A model generated the notes under the pieces. That model was not told the origin of the DNA. It worked only from the letters and a program-made list of their open reading frames with translations, and did not search any database. From Candidatus Aminicenantales bacterium (GTDB lineage Bacteria > Acidobacteriota > Aminicenantia > Aminicenantales > Saccharicenantaceae): a stretch of DNA of 64,000 bases. Numbering within the stretch: position 1 is the first letter of the stretch; each line of letters starts with the position of its first letter. Location of the stretch: NCBI GenBank assembly GCA_049512315.1, contig JBEKXF010000007.1, positions 1 through 64,000 of the forward strand, written 5' to 3'. Made by a program: the position numbers and the translations under genes. Shown piece by piece: positions 17,736 through 27,364 of the stretch.

Positions 17736-18650
17736 GTGAGCCGGTATGCCATAGGGATCGACCTCGGCGGGACGAAAGTGGAAGCGTGCCTTGTTGATGA
17801 AAGCCGAAAGATCCTGGCCCGCAAGCGGCGCCCGTCCGAGCCGGGGCTCGGCCGCGATAAGGTTGTGGCCAACATCCTCGAGCTCGTTGCCGAGGCGGCC
17901 GGCGGCGCCCGCTACGAGGCTGCCGGCATGGGCACGCCGGGCACCTACCACCCGGGCGACGACATCATGTACGGGGCGCCCCACACGCCGCTTTACGAGA
18001 AGCCGGGCCTCATCAGCCTTCTCCGGACGAAGCTCACGGTCCCCCTCGTTATCGAAAATGACGCCAATTGCCTGGCCTTGGCGGAGTTCTTCGCTCAATG
18101 CCACGGCCGTTATTCAACCGTCATGGCCGTCATCCTCGGCACCGGCATGGGTTCGGGCCTGATCCTCGGGAATAGGCTCTACCGCGGCCCTAACGGGAAC
18201 GCGGGCGAGATCGGCCACACGTCCATCGACATCAACGGGCGTCTCTGTGAATGCGGCCGGAGAGGTTGTGGCGAGGCCTACCTATCGGGGCCCAGCCTGA
18301 CCCGGCGATATAAGGAGCTGACCGGAGAAACCCTGGCCCCCCAGGAGATCTACGTCCGCTTCGAGAAAGGGGAGCCACGCGCCCTGTCCCTTTTCGAGAA
18401 ATCCTGCCGGATCATGGGCGAGCTCTTCACCAATTGCGTCAACATTCTCGACCTCGAGGCCATCATCCTCGGTGGCGGCGTCTCGAACATTCCGCTCTGG
18501 TACGAGCGCGTCCCTCCTTATATGGACAAATCCCTCTTCGGCATCCCGGGCCGGCGGATCCCCATTATGAAGGCCGTCCTGGGGGATTCCGCAGGCGTCC
18601 TCGGCGCGGCTTTCCTCGGCTTCCGCGCCATGGGCCTCATGGAATTTTAG
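17736..18650 (+). CDS. ROK family sugar kinase
   Basis: GIDLGGTK, ENDANCLALAE, GTGMGSG, GEIGH, CECGRRGC.EAY. Confidence 0.93.
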   Translation: MSRYAIGIDLGGTKVEACLVDESRKILARKRRPSEPGLGRDKVVANILELVAEAAGGARYEAAGMGTPGTYHPGDDIMYGAPHTPLYEKPGLISLLRTKLTVPLVIENDANCLALAEFFAQCHGRYSTVMAVILGTGMGSGLILGNRLYRGPNGNAGEIGHTSIDINGRLCECGRRGCGEAYLSGPSLTRRYKELTGETLAPQEIYVRFEKGEPRALSLFEKSCRIMGELFTNCVNILDLEAIILGGGVSNIPLWYERVPPYMDKSLFGIPGRRIPIMKAVLGDSAGVLGAAFLGFRAMGLMEF

Positions 18651-18807
18651 TAAAGAGGACGGGCCACCCGTATACCTTTAATAGGGTTGAGGCGGCGGCT
18701 GAAATGATAGAAAGAAAGTGCGAAGGGGGTGTTCCCGGAGGAGGGCGTGTGGAGGGCCGAGCGGGCACGGATGGAAAAGAGGGACAGCTCCTGGAATAAA
18801 ATACTCA

Positions 18808-18898
18808 GAGGCCCGTTTCAGATATTTGCCAGAAGTGCGGCTCCGAGCCGCTCCGCCACACTTCTGCTGGTCGCTCCTCAGAATCCGCTCCCTGCCGG
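18808..18898 (+). repeat. Dispersed palindromic element, copy 2 (core A only)
   Basis: 91-bp match to 3217-3307 with few substitutions. Confidence 0.9.
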
Positions 18899-19027
18899 AG
18901 GGAATCCCCCGAGCTCAACCTCTACGGAAACGGGTGCAACCGCCGAAGCCCGATATTATCTACGGGAGGCGAGTCGGCAAGAATCGATTTTATGAGACGA
19001 GGACGTCCCCGAGAGGACAGGAAAGAT

Positions 19028-19465
19028 CTACTGATACTTCCCCATGATGTAGTTCTCGAGGTTCTCGATTGTCACTTTCTGGTGGCCGATGATGGCCTTG
19101 ACGACGTCGCCGATGGAAATGACCCCGGCGAGCTTCTCGCCCTGGCGGACCGGCAGGTGGCGGATGTGCTTGTCGGTCATGAGGGCCATGCATTCGTCGG
19201 CCGTCGTGTCTAGGTTGACTCCGTAAACCGGGGACGTCATGATATCGCGGACCGTGGTGTCCTGGGATTGCCGTCCCATCAGGGCGATCTTCCTGGCGTA
19301 GTCGCGCTCGGACATGATCCCGGCGATACCGTCCTTTTCAAGGACGATCAGGGCGCCGATGCCTTTTTCGGCCATGAGCTTGAGGGCGTCGAAGACCTTG
19401 GCGTCCGGCGATATCGTCCAGACCTTGGAACCCTTCTCCGAGAGGATCTCTTTCACGGTGATCAT
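19028..19465 (-). CDS. CBS-domain protein
   Basis: GIMSERDY, IRHLPV, GVISIGDVVK. Confidence 0.92.
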   Translation of the reverse strand: MITVKEILSEKGSKVWTISPDAKVFDALKLMAEKGIGALIVLEKDGIAGIMSERDYARKIALMGRQSQDTTVRDIMTSPVYGVNLDTTADECMALMTDKHIRHLPVRQGEKLAGVISIGDVVKAIIGHQKVTIENLENYIMGKYQ

Positions 19466-19537
19466 GATGGCCCTCCAGTCGGGTTTTTCCCTTCGCTTTT
19501 CAAGGCGCCTTTTATATAGCCGAACCCGCCCGGGTTG

Positions 19538-20884
19538 TCAATCGAAATACCCGGTCAGGTCGTCCCGGTTAAGGCCCTGTTCGATCGCGACCCTGGCCAC
19601 GGCCCGGGCCACCGTTTTGTGAAGGTTCTTGTCCAGCGGATTGGGGACGATTTCCCCGGCCGGGGCGAAGCCGGCGATGGCCTCGGCCGCGGCGATCAGC
19701 ATCTCCCGGGTGATCCGGGGGACGTTGGCGTCCACGGCCCCCCTGAAGATCCCCGGGAAGCCGAGGACGTTGTTGACCGACTTCCCGTCCGCCGCGAAGG
19801 CCGCGCCGGCCTCCATGGCGACCGAGGGCTCGATCTCCGGGTTGGGGTTGGACAGGGCGAGAATGATCTGGCCCTTCCGGACCATCTCTTTCTTGATCAG
19901 CCCGGGCACGCCCGTCGTGGCGATCACGACATCGGCCGACCCCATGATTGTCTTGAGGTCCGACGGGGTCCCACCGGCCTGCCGCAGCCTCTCCAGGGCG
20001 GAGGGGTCGATATCGGCGCCGAGGACGGGTGTCTTGAAATAGACCATCAACATCTCGGATAAGGCGAACCCGGCAGCGCCCAGGCCGATGACTCCGATCC
20101 CGGCCTTGGTCAGGTCGACCCGAGCGATCTTGGCGGCGTTGAGAAGGGCTGCGGTGACCACGCAGGCCGTGCCGTGCTGGTCGTCGTGCATGACGGGGAT
20201 GTCGACCGCATCCTGGATGCGGCGCTCGATCTCGAAGCAGCGGGGCGCCGAGATGTCCTCGAGCTGGATGGCGCTGAAGGTCAAGGAGATGTGGACGACC
20301 GTCCGGATGATCTCCTCCGGGTCCTTGGTGTTGAGGAGGATGGGCATTCCCGAGAGGCCGGTCAGGGTTTCGAGCAGGCTCGCCTTGCCCTCCATGACCG
20401 GCATGGCGGCCAGGGGGCCGATGTCGCCCAGCCCCAGCACGGCCGTGCCGTCGGTGACGATGGCGACCAGGTGGCGGATCGAGGTGAAGCGACGGGCCAG
20501 CGAGGGGTCCTCCTTGATCTTCAGGCTGACCTCGGCGACACCCGGCGTGTAGATACGCCGCAGCGTCGCGAGCGAGGAGATGTCGTAGCGGCTGCGGATC
20601 GCGATCTTGCCGCCCTGGTGCATCTCGAGGACCTCGTCGCGGACCTCGAGAAGCTCGACATCGGCGAAACCCCGGATGATACCGATGAGCCGGTCGAGGT
20701 GCCTGAGGTCGTCGGCGTAGACCGTGATGTCCCGGACGATCGCCGAGCCGCCCATCGTGATGATCCGGATCTCGCCGATGAGACCGCCCTGGTCGCCGAT
20801 AGCCGCCAGGAGACGGCCCAGGATGCCGGGCGTCTGGGTCAGGCGGCACCGGAACGTCCGAGTGATCTTGCCGTCCCACCACAT
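19538..20884 (-). CDS. NAD(P)-dependent malic enzyme with N-terminal ACT domain
   Basis: YTPGVA, VTDGTAVLGLGDIG, MPVMEGK, LEDISAP.CF, HDDQHGT, NNVLGFPG; N-terminal PG.LG ACT motif. Confidence 0.93.
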   Translation of the reverse strand: MWWDGKITRTFRCRLTQTPGILGRLLAAIGDQGGLIGEIRIITMGGSAIVRDITVYADDLRHLDRLIGIIRGFADVELLEVRDEVLEMHQGGKIAIRSRYDISSLATLRRIYTPGVAEVSLKIKEDPSLARRFTSIRHLVAIVTDGTAVLGLGDIGPLAAMPVMEGKASLLETLTGLSGMPILLNTKDPEEIIRTVVHISLTFSAIQLEDISAPRCFEIERRIQDAVDIPVMHDDQHGTACVVTAALLNAAKIARVDLTKAGIGVIGLGAAGFALSEMLMVYFKTPVLGADIDPSALERLRQAGGTPSDLKTIMGSADVVIATTGVPGLIKKEMVRKGQIILALSNPNPEIEPSVAMEAGAAFAADGKSVNNVLGFPGIFRGAVDANVPRITREMLIAAAEAIAGFAPAGEIVPNPLDKNLHKTVARAVARVAIEQGLNRDDLTGYFD

Positions 20885-20968
20885 GTTCGTGCTCCTTTGA
20901 GGAGAGTTCTTTGGCGCTATTATAACCCTTTTGCCGGAGGGGTGACAAATGCGGGAAGCTGCGGGGTT

Positions 20969-21556
20969 TTATTCGATGAGGAGGAAGGCGTAGCGGTTCA
21001 TCGTCTGCTTGTAATCGGAGAGGACCTCGATCGGATAGCCCAGCTTCCGGACGGTGGTATAGACGTCGACCCCCAGGGCGTCCGGCGTCGGCCGGGCCTG
21101 CTTGGGGTCCTTGCAGCCGGCCCGGTTTCCCGAGCACTCAAGGCAAATGTTGCAGCTGTCCATGTAGAGGAGGAAGGCCTTGAAGAATCCGGCCATGAAC
21201 ACTTCCCGTTCGAGCTTGAGGAGGTCGATGTTGATCTTCCGGCTCCAGGCGTGCCGGTCTTCGGGCCGGTCGACCTTTTTTTCAAAATGGAAGATGACGG
21301 CCCGGTCGTACTCCCGGAAGAACCGTTCGCACGCCTCGACGGCCGGGGCGTTCGGAGGACAGGTGGCCGTCCGGCCGTATTCCACGCAGCCGTACAGGCA
21401 TTTCATCCGAACCCACTCGCCCAGTATGATCTCTTTGGGATCGATCCAGCGGAAGTCCGCGAATCCATGTTCCTTGAAAAGACCTTCGAGATCAACCTGG
21501 CCGTCCGGTTTCCGCGTGCGCGGGCGATGGGGTTGAGGCCGACGCGTCGCATTCAT
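20969..21556 (-). CDS. DUF2284 family Cys-rich metal-binding protein
   Basis: VRMKC.YGC..YG...TCPP, C..C..C, RP..DA.GVDVY.TV. Confidence 0.88.
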   Translation of the reverse strand: MNATRRPQPHRPRTRKPDGQVDLEGLFKEHGFADFRWIDPKEIILGEWVRMKCLYGCVEYGRTATCPPNAPAVEACERFFREYDRAVIFHFEKKVDRPEDRHAWSRKINIDLLKLEREVFMAGFFKAFLLYMDSCNICLECSGNRAGCKDPKQARPTPDALGVDVYTTVRKLGYPIEVLSDYKQTMNRYAFLLIE

Positions 21557-21679
21557 GGACCTCAATATACCATATTTTCCCGGCAGATTCGAGAGGATCA
21601 AGGCTGGGCCCTTATGGCCGGTCGGCCGGGAGCGGGGACGTCTGGCCTTTTCCCGACCCCTCGGCTATAATTTAAAAAC

Positions 21680-22468
21680 ATGAGAAAACAGGCGGCCTCA
21701 TCCGGCACGGCCAGTGGCTTCCCGGGCGGCCTCGGCCGCTTCGCGGTCGTGCTGGTCCGTCCGGACAGCCCCGAGAACATCGGCCTCGCCGCCCGGGGGA
21801 TGGCCAACACAGGGTTCACGGACCTTCGGCTCGTCGGCCTCGACAGGCTCGAAGCCCCTGCCTTCCGGACGGCCGTCCACGCCGAGGCCATCCTCGACGG
21901 CGCCCACTTCTGCGGGACCCTGTCTGAGGCCGTGGACGGGCTGCACCTTGTTCTCGGGTCGACGGCCCGGATCCGCCGGGATTTCCCTCTGGTCACGATG
22001 CAGGCCGCCGTCCGGCAGATCGCCGAGTATCCTCCCGAAACCAAGATCGGCCTCGTCTTCGGGAACGAAAGGACAGGCCTGACCTCGGAAGAGATCGGCC
22101 TTTCGAATGTCCGCTTCCGTATCCCCCAGGCGGCCAGGCAGCCGTCCTACAACCTGGGAGTCGCCGTGACATTGACCCTCTTCGAGATCGCCGGCCGCCG
22201 GGAGCCGCCTCCCGTCGTCCGACGGGACCTGCCCCTGACGAGGGCCGAGCAAGAAGAGGCCGGCCGGCGATTCGGCGAGATGCTGGACGGCTTGGGCTTC
22301 ATGCGCGACACCAACCGGGGGTTCATCACGGAAAGGGTCCAGGACATCTTCCGGCGGATGGTCCTGACGGGCAAGGACAGGGATGTCATCCTGGCCATGT
22401 TCCGGAAGGCCCTCCTGGGCCGTTCCGGGAAGAGAACATACGAAAGGAGCCGGCATGGCAGCGAATGA
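21680..22468 (+). CDS. TrmJ/TrmH SPOUT-family RNA methyltransferase
   Basis: ENIGLAARGMAN, LVFGNERTGL, IP.....SYNLG.AV. Confidence 0.9.
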   Translation: MRKQAASSGTASGFPGGLGRFAVVLVRPDSPENIGLAARGMANTGFTDLRLVGLDRLEAPAFRTAVHAEAILDGAHFCGTLSEAVDGLHLVLGSTARIRRDFPLVTMQAAVRQIAEYPPETKIGLVFGNERTGLTSEEIGLSNVRFRIPQAARQPSYNLGVAVTLTLFEIAGRREPPPVVRRDLPLTRAEQEEAGRRFGEMLDGLGFMRDTNRGFITERVQDIFRRMVLTGKDRDVILAMFRKALLGRSGKRTYERSRHGSE

Positions 22469-22862
22469 CCTCAAGGTGATCTTCGGCGATGGATGGAAAA
22501 TCGACGTCGCACACAAGGGCTTCACGATCCGGACCGACCAGCCGGCGCACCAGGGCGGCGGCGGGACCGCGCCTTCGCCCTTCGATTATTTCCTGGTTTC
22601 CCTCGCGGCCTGCGCCGGGTTCTACGCTCTCGAATTCTGCCGGGCGCGCAAGATCCCGACGGACAAGCTCGCTGTGTCCATGAGCACCGAGAAAGGGGAG
22701 GTCTCCAAGATGATCGACAAGGTCACGATCCGGGTTGACCTCCCGGCCGGCTTCCCGGAAAAATACAAGGTCGCCATCGTCAAGGCCATCGACCACTGCA
22801 CGGTCAAGGCCCATATCGTCCGCCCGCCCGCATTCGAGATCGTCACCCGGGTCGGGGGCTAG
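22455..22862 (+). CDS. OsmC family protein
   Basis: TDQP...GG.G.APSPFD.FL.SLAACAG and C-terminal CTVK; SD AGGAG. Confidence 0.9.
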   Translation: MAANDLKVIFGDGWKIDVAHKGFTIRTDQPAHQGGGGTAPSPFDYFLVSLAACAGFYALEFCRARKIPTDKLAVSMSTEKGEVSKMIDKVTIRVDLPAGFPEKYKVAIVKAIDHCTVKAHIVRPPAFEIVTRVGG

Positions 22863-22872
22863 GGCGTCCGGA

Positions 22873-23520
22873 ATGGCGATCTTGGCGGGACTTTTCCTCG
22901 GCATCGCGGCGGCCGTGCCGGTCGGTCCCATCGGCATCCTGGCTGTAACTCAGCACTGCCGCTACGGCTTCCGCCGCAGCTATTCGGGGGCCCTGGCCTC
23001 GTCGGCCATGGAGATCCTCTACAGCCTGATCGCGATCCAGGCGGCGGGCTTTGTCACCGCCTTCATCCTAAAGTATTCCCATGTTATGAAATTCGCTGGG
23101 ACAGCTGTGCTCGTTTTCGTGGGCGCAGGGATCTTCCGCCAGGCCAGGACGTTCGACCCGGCGGTCGTGTTCTGCGGCAAAGAAAAAAAGGAACTTCACC
23201 CCGTCTGGAAAACCATCCTCCTCTATGTTTCGAGCCCGACGCTGCCGGCGTTCTGGCTGACGGCCGCAGGCCTGGTTGTCGCTCACGGCTGGGTCGAACG
23301 GGGCCATCCGTCGGCGGTTTTTTTCGCCCTGGCTTGCGGAGCGGGGAGCGCCTTCTGGTATTTCATCCTGCTGCGGCTCATCCTCAAGACGCCCGAGAAG
23401 CTTGAGGCCCGGGTTTTCCGGACGATCTTCCTCGTCCTGGGGATCCTTCTCGTCGCCCTCGCAGTTCTCAACGTCCTGTCGATCTGGGTCAAGTTCCCGG
23501 GCGGGCTGAAGATCGTCTGA
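22873..23520 (+). CDS. LysE family transporter
   Basis: G...AVPVGPI motif; about six TM helices. Confidence 0.85.
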   Translation: MAILAGLFLGIAAAVPVGPIGILAVTQHCRYGFRRSYSGALASSAMEILYSLIAIQAAGFVTAFILKYSHVMKFAGTAVLVFVGAGIFRQARTFDPAVVFCGKEKKELHPVWKTILLYVSSPTLPAFWLTAAGLVVAHGWVERGHPSAVFFALACGAGSAFWYFILLRLILKTPEKLEARVFRTIFLVLGILLVALAVLNVLSIWVKFPGGLKIV

Positions 23521-23585
23521 CTCGGGCCGCCGGCCCGCTTCCGCTCTCGTTATTCGGTCCGCGGCCGGGCGCCCGTCGACGTATC

Positions 23586-24554
23586 TTACTGGGCTTGTGG
23601 CAGCCAGAGATAATAGAATCCCGTCTTGAGGACGGCGAGATAGGATTCCAGGACTTTCTTGTCGAGCGCGGAGAAGTCGCCGAGCTGGGCGGCATAGATG
23701 TTGGTCTTGCTCAAGGGATAGTAGGTGTAGGCGACGAGGCGGGCGGACTTGAGGCCGGCCATCGCCAGGGCCTTCTTGTAGGCGTCGTCAAAGTAGCCGA
23801 TCTCGTCAATGAGCTTGAGCTTGAGCGCTTGAGGGGCCGTGTAGACGCGGCCGTCGGCGATCCGCCTGAGCTCGTCCGCCGCGATCCTGTCCTTCCGGTT
23901 CCCGGCGACGGCGCTCAGAAAATCCTGATAATACTCGTCGATGATCGCCTGGAAGAGCTTTTTTTCTTCCGCGGTCATGTCCCTGAAGGGACCGCCCGAG
24001 TCCTTGGCTTCACCAGACTTGATGACATTGACCTTGACGCCGACCTTGGCCATCAGGTCCCCGAAATTGGGGAAGATGGAGATGACCCCGATGCTCCCGG
24101 TCAGGGTCGTGGGATGGGCCATGATATAATCGCAGGCCGAGGCGATGTAGAAGCCCCCCGAGGCCGCGACCCCCATCATTAAGCCGATGACGGGCTTCTT
24201 CGTTCTGTCCTTGAATTTCAGGACCTCGTGGTAGATCATGTCGCTCGCGGTGACCTCTCCGCCGGGCGTGTCGAGACGGAGGATGACCGCCTTCACCTGG
24301 GGATCCTGGGCCGCCCATTCCAGCCGCTCATAAACCCGGGAGACGGCGTTCTTTTCCCTGAAGAAAAGGCTCGTGTTGATGACCGAGGAGATGACCCCTT
24401 CGATGTCAATCATCAGGACCTTGTCCTTGGCCGGGCTTTGGATGAGCGTCACTTCGGCGAGTTTCTCCTGGCCCAGGAAATCCAGGTGGATATTCGGGGA
24501 GCAGCCAGCCAGGGCCGCAATGATCACCAGAGTGGGCAGCGCGGGTTTTTTCAT
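23586..24554 (-). CDS. sppA: Signal peptide peptidase SppA (S49), lipoprotein
   Basis: LAGC lipobox; DTPGG, AASGGFYIA, TGSIGV, KSG..KD, DGRVYT. Confidence 0.93.
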   Translation of the reverse strand: MKKPALPTLVIIAALAGCSPNIHLDFLGQEKLAEVTLIQSPAKDKVLMIDIEGVISSVINTSLFFREKNAVSRVYERLEWAAQDPQVKAVILRLDTPGGEVTASDMIYHEVLKFKDRTKKPVIGLMMGVAASGGFYIASACDYIMAHPTTLTGSIGVISIFPNFGDLMAKVGVKVNVIKSGEAKDSGGPFRDMTAEEKKLFQAIIDEYYQDFLSAVAGNRKDRIAADELRRIADGRVYTAPQALKLKLIDEIGYFDDAYKKALAMAGLKSARLVAYTYYPLSKTNIYAAQLGDFSALDKKVLESYLAVLKTGFYYLWLPQAQ

Positions 24555-24623
24555 GACGTCCTCCTCACGAGGGGCTTGTTTTGGTTCATTATAGCACAAC
24601 GATCCGCCCGCTCTGTCCCCTCC

Positions 24624-24798
24624 GGGCGGCGATGATGACCCCCGGCGGGGAGCGAATTCTGAGGAGCGACCACCAGAAGTGCTGCGGAGCGACTCGGAAC
24701 TGCACTTCTGGTAAATATCTGAAAAGAGTCTTAGAACTTCTTGATCAGCGGGTCCCCCCTCCGCTACGGGGTCTTTCAGGCGGTCTTCATCGCCGCCC
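24624..24798. repeat. Dispersed composite element, copy 3 (core A on minus strand 24642-24732, module B on plus strand 24751-24798)
   Basis: Reverse-complement match to core A; 16/17 terminal inverted repeat gggcggcgatga(t/a)gacc. Confidence 0.9.
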
Positions 24799-24901
24799 TT
24801 GAATGCGTCGCCGATATCGCCCTTGTCCCCCCGGACGTCCGTCGCCGCGCTGTTGACTCCGGCCGCCCGAGGTGTTATGACTTCACTTCTCAAGGACATC
24901 C

Positions 24902-25576
24902 GTGCCCAGCCAAAAGCTCGTCATCGTCGGCCTGGACCTGGCCGGCTCGCCGAAGCGGCCCACGGGGTTCTGTGTCCTCCGCGGGCTCGAGGTCGAGACG
25001 AGGGACCTCTATTCGGACGAGGAGATCCTGGCCGCGATCGCCGAGGCGCATCCCGGACTGGTCGCCATCGACGCCCCGCTTCATCTCCCGCCGGGGAGGT
25101 CGTCCATCCACGAGCGGAACGATTCCCATTACCGGCCCTGCGACCTGGAGCTCAGGCGAAGGAAGATCCCCTTCTTCCCGATCACTCTTGGCCCGATGCG
25201 GGGACTGACAGAACGGGGAATGAGGCTCCGGGCGGAGCTCGAGAGGAACGGGACGCGGACGGTCGAGATGTATCCGGGCGGCGCCCAGGACGTCTGGGGC
25301 ATTCCCCGCGCCGCGCGGGATGGGAAAGGCCTGCGCAGCGGCCTCGCCAGGCTCGGCCTGAAGGGCCTGCGGACAGACTCATCCAACCACGAGCTTGACG
25401 CCGCCTCAGGGGCGCTGGTCGGGCTTCTCTTCCTTCAGGGCCGGGCCGAGGTCTTGGGCGATTTCGACTCGGGGGCGATCATCATGCCTCCCGCCGGGCC
25501 GCGGGCCGGGCGGCGCAAGAAAACTCCCCGTGGTTCTCCCGTCGGGGCCAGGATCCGGGCAGGGAGGATAAAGTAG
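24902..25576 (+). CDS. DUF429 family protein (RNase H-like predicted nuclease)
   Basis: VGLDLA, VAIDAPL, R.CD.EL, E.YP, HELDA motifs. Confidence 0.88.
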   Translation: MPSQKLVIVGLDLAGSPKRPTGFCVLRGLEVETRDLYSDEEILAAIAEAHPGLVAIDAPLHLPPGRSSIHERNDSHYRPCDLELRRRKIPFFPITLGPMRGLTERGMRLRAELERNGTRTVEMYPGGAQDVWGIPRAARDGKGLRSGLARLGLKGLRTDSSNHELDAASGALVGLLFLQGRAEVLGDFDSGAIIMPPAGPRAGRRKKTPRGSPVGARIRAGRIK

Positions 25577-25604
25577 GAGAGCTTTCCGACGGGAGAAGGG
25601 GGGA

Positions 25605-26552
25605 TCAGTCCGGGTATTCGAACTTCTTCTTGCCCCTTCCCCCTGGAGGGCAGATGATCCTGATCGCCCGGGGAAGGACCTTGAATTCGATCCGGTCGCG
25701 GTTTCCGAGGAATTCGCCGTTGTACTGGATGGGAAGGTCCCGGCCCTTGATGACCACCCGTTTGGCCTTGAAATGCCGCTGCCGCTTCTGGTAGAGGCCG
25801 AGATAGATCAACGGGAAAAGGAGCGTGTACTTGACGGGCCCGAGCTCGAAGAGGGTGATGTCCAGATAGCCGTCGTCGACGCGGGCCCTCGGTGCGATGT
25901 GCCAGCCGTAACCGAAATAGTTCGTCTTCGTGACGATGCAGTCGAAGAATTTCGAGTGGAGGGTCTTGTGCTCGAAGGGGCCGTGCCGGTCGGTCCCGTC
26001 GTAAAGCTCGATCTCCTTCTCGTCTGTCCGTGAGCCATAGAGCCGCCGGCCCGCCAGGAAATGCCCCCAGATCCCTTCAATGGAGTGCTGGAGCTTCTCG
26101 CTGGTAACCCGGGCGGTGGCCCCGACGCTGGCGAAGGCCGCGTGCCGGCCCTCGACCTCGAGGAGATCGATCGTCCGGGGCACGCCGGCGGCCAGATGGT
26201 CGATCGCCCGGCGCGGGTTCTTGGGGATGCCGAACGATTTCCGGAAGGCGTTGCCGCTGCCGAAGGGGATGACGCTGAAGAGAACGTCCTTCGCTTTCCC
26301 GGCTTCAAAGATGCCCTGCAAGGTGTCGGCGATCGTCCCGTCGCCGCCCATGGCCACGATGACGTCGGCTTCGTTCGAGGCCTTTTTGGCCTGTTCGATG
26401 GTCGTTCTCGTGTCCCCGAAGACGTCATAGATCTCCCCCGGAAGCTTCTTCTGGAGGTAGGCCCTGAGCATCTTCCGCCGGAGCCACTTGGAGTTGGCGG
26501 CCCGGGGGTTGATCAGGCAGGCGACCCTGCCCCATTTGGTCTCTTCAGTCAT
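25605..26552 (-). CDS. Diacylglycerol/lipid kinase family (YegS/BmrU)
   Basis: INP, GGDGT, IP.GSGN, A.VDDG.LD, Q.NGE. Confidence 0.9.
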   Translation of the reverse strand: MTEETKWGRVACLINPRAANSKWLRRKMLRAYLQKKLPGEIYDVFGDTRTTIEQAKKASNEADVIVAMGGDGTIADTLQGIFEAGKAKDVLFSVIPFGSGNAFRKSFGIPKNPRRAIDHLAAGVPRTIDLLEVEGRHAAFASVGATARVTSEKLQHSIEGIWGHFLAGRRLYGSRTDEKEIELYDGTDRHGPFEHKTLHSKFFDCIVTKTNYFGYGWHIAPRARVDDGYLDITLFELGPVKYTLLFPLIYLGLYQKRQRHFKAKRVVIKGRDLPIQYNGEFLGNRDRIEFKVLPRAIRIICPPGGRGKKKFEYPD

Positions 26553-26572
26553 GACTCATCCCACCACGTCAT

Positions 26573-26601
26573 CTTATAACACGGGGGAGAGGTCCTGTCA
26601 A
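26573..26601 (-). promoter_or_regulatory. sigma70 promoter of the lipid kinase gene
   Basis: Minus strand TTGACA, 17 nt, TATAAG. Confidence 0.6.
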
Positions 26602-26621
26602 AAGCCGCGGGGAGGACGGGG

Positions 26622-27209
26622 TTATCCCGCCGATGGAGCGTCCGGCTTCCGCCTTTTCCAGAGGAGAGAGACCGAATAGACCTTGACGACGAGGAGGGCC
26701 AGGGCCATGACCAGGGCCGCGACCCAGAGCTTCGGCAGGAAGATCAGGGTCAGGGTGACGGGGGTGGAGTTGGCAATCTTGGCCGGCGGGCTGAAATTGA
26801 GGGCGTAGACGCGGCGGTCGACCCGGTCGAAATAATTGATCGAGATGATATCGTACTTGACGAACTGATAGCTCAGGTAGAGATCCACGAAGGCGAAATC
26901 CAGGATATAGACGACGACGGGAAGAGCGAGGACGGGATGGAAATGGACAAAATTGATGAAGAAGAAGAGGATCTCGACCCGGTCGGCGATGATGTCGATC
27001 TCGGCGCCGAGGACGGTTTCCTGCCGGAGGGTGCGGGCGAGCCAGCCGTCGAGGGTATCCCCGGCCCAATGGACCGCCAGCCCGACGTAATTGTAGAGCT
27101 CGCGGTGCCCGGCTGCCGCCAGGGCGAAAAAGACAAGACAGGCGGAGAGGCGGATGAGGGTGATGACGTTGGGCTCGCTATAGAGTGACCCGGGGCTTCT
27201 TGGCCGCAT
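26622..27209 (-). CDS. CDP-alcohol phosphatidyltransferase family protein
   Basis: PNVITLIR; D.LDG.LAR......LGA..D...DR signature. Confidence 0.92.
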   Translation of the reverse strand: MRPRSPGSLYSEPNVITLIRLSACLVFFALAAAGHRELYNYVGLAVHWAGDTLDGWLARTLRQETVLGAEIDIIADRVEILFFFINFVHFHPVLALPVVVYILDFAFVDLYLSYQFVKYDIISINYFDRVDRRVYALNFSPPAKIANSTPVTLTLIFLPKLWVAALVMALALLVVKVYSVSLLWKRRKPDAPSAG

Positions 27210-27364
27210 CTCTTATTCCCTCTTCAGGCATCCGGCGTTTACCATATAATAAAGGGGTCTTTGGGGTCAAACCTCCACGTTGACGGGTCCGACCCCATTC
27301 GGCAGAGATGGCCCCGTCCGGTTTGCCCGGCCGGGGCCGTTGGGCTAAAATGGAGATCGCGAGC

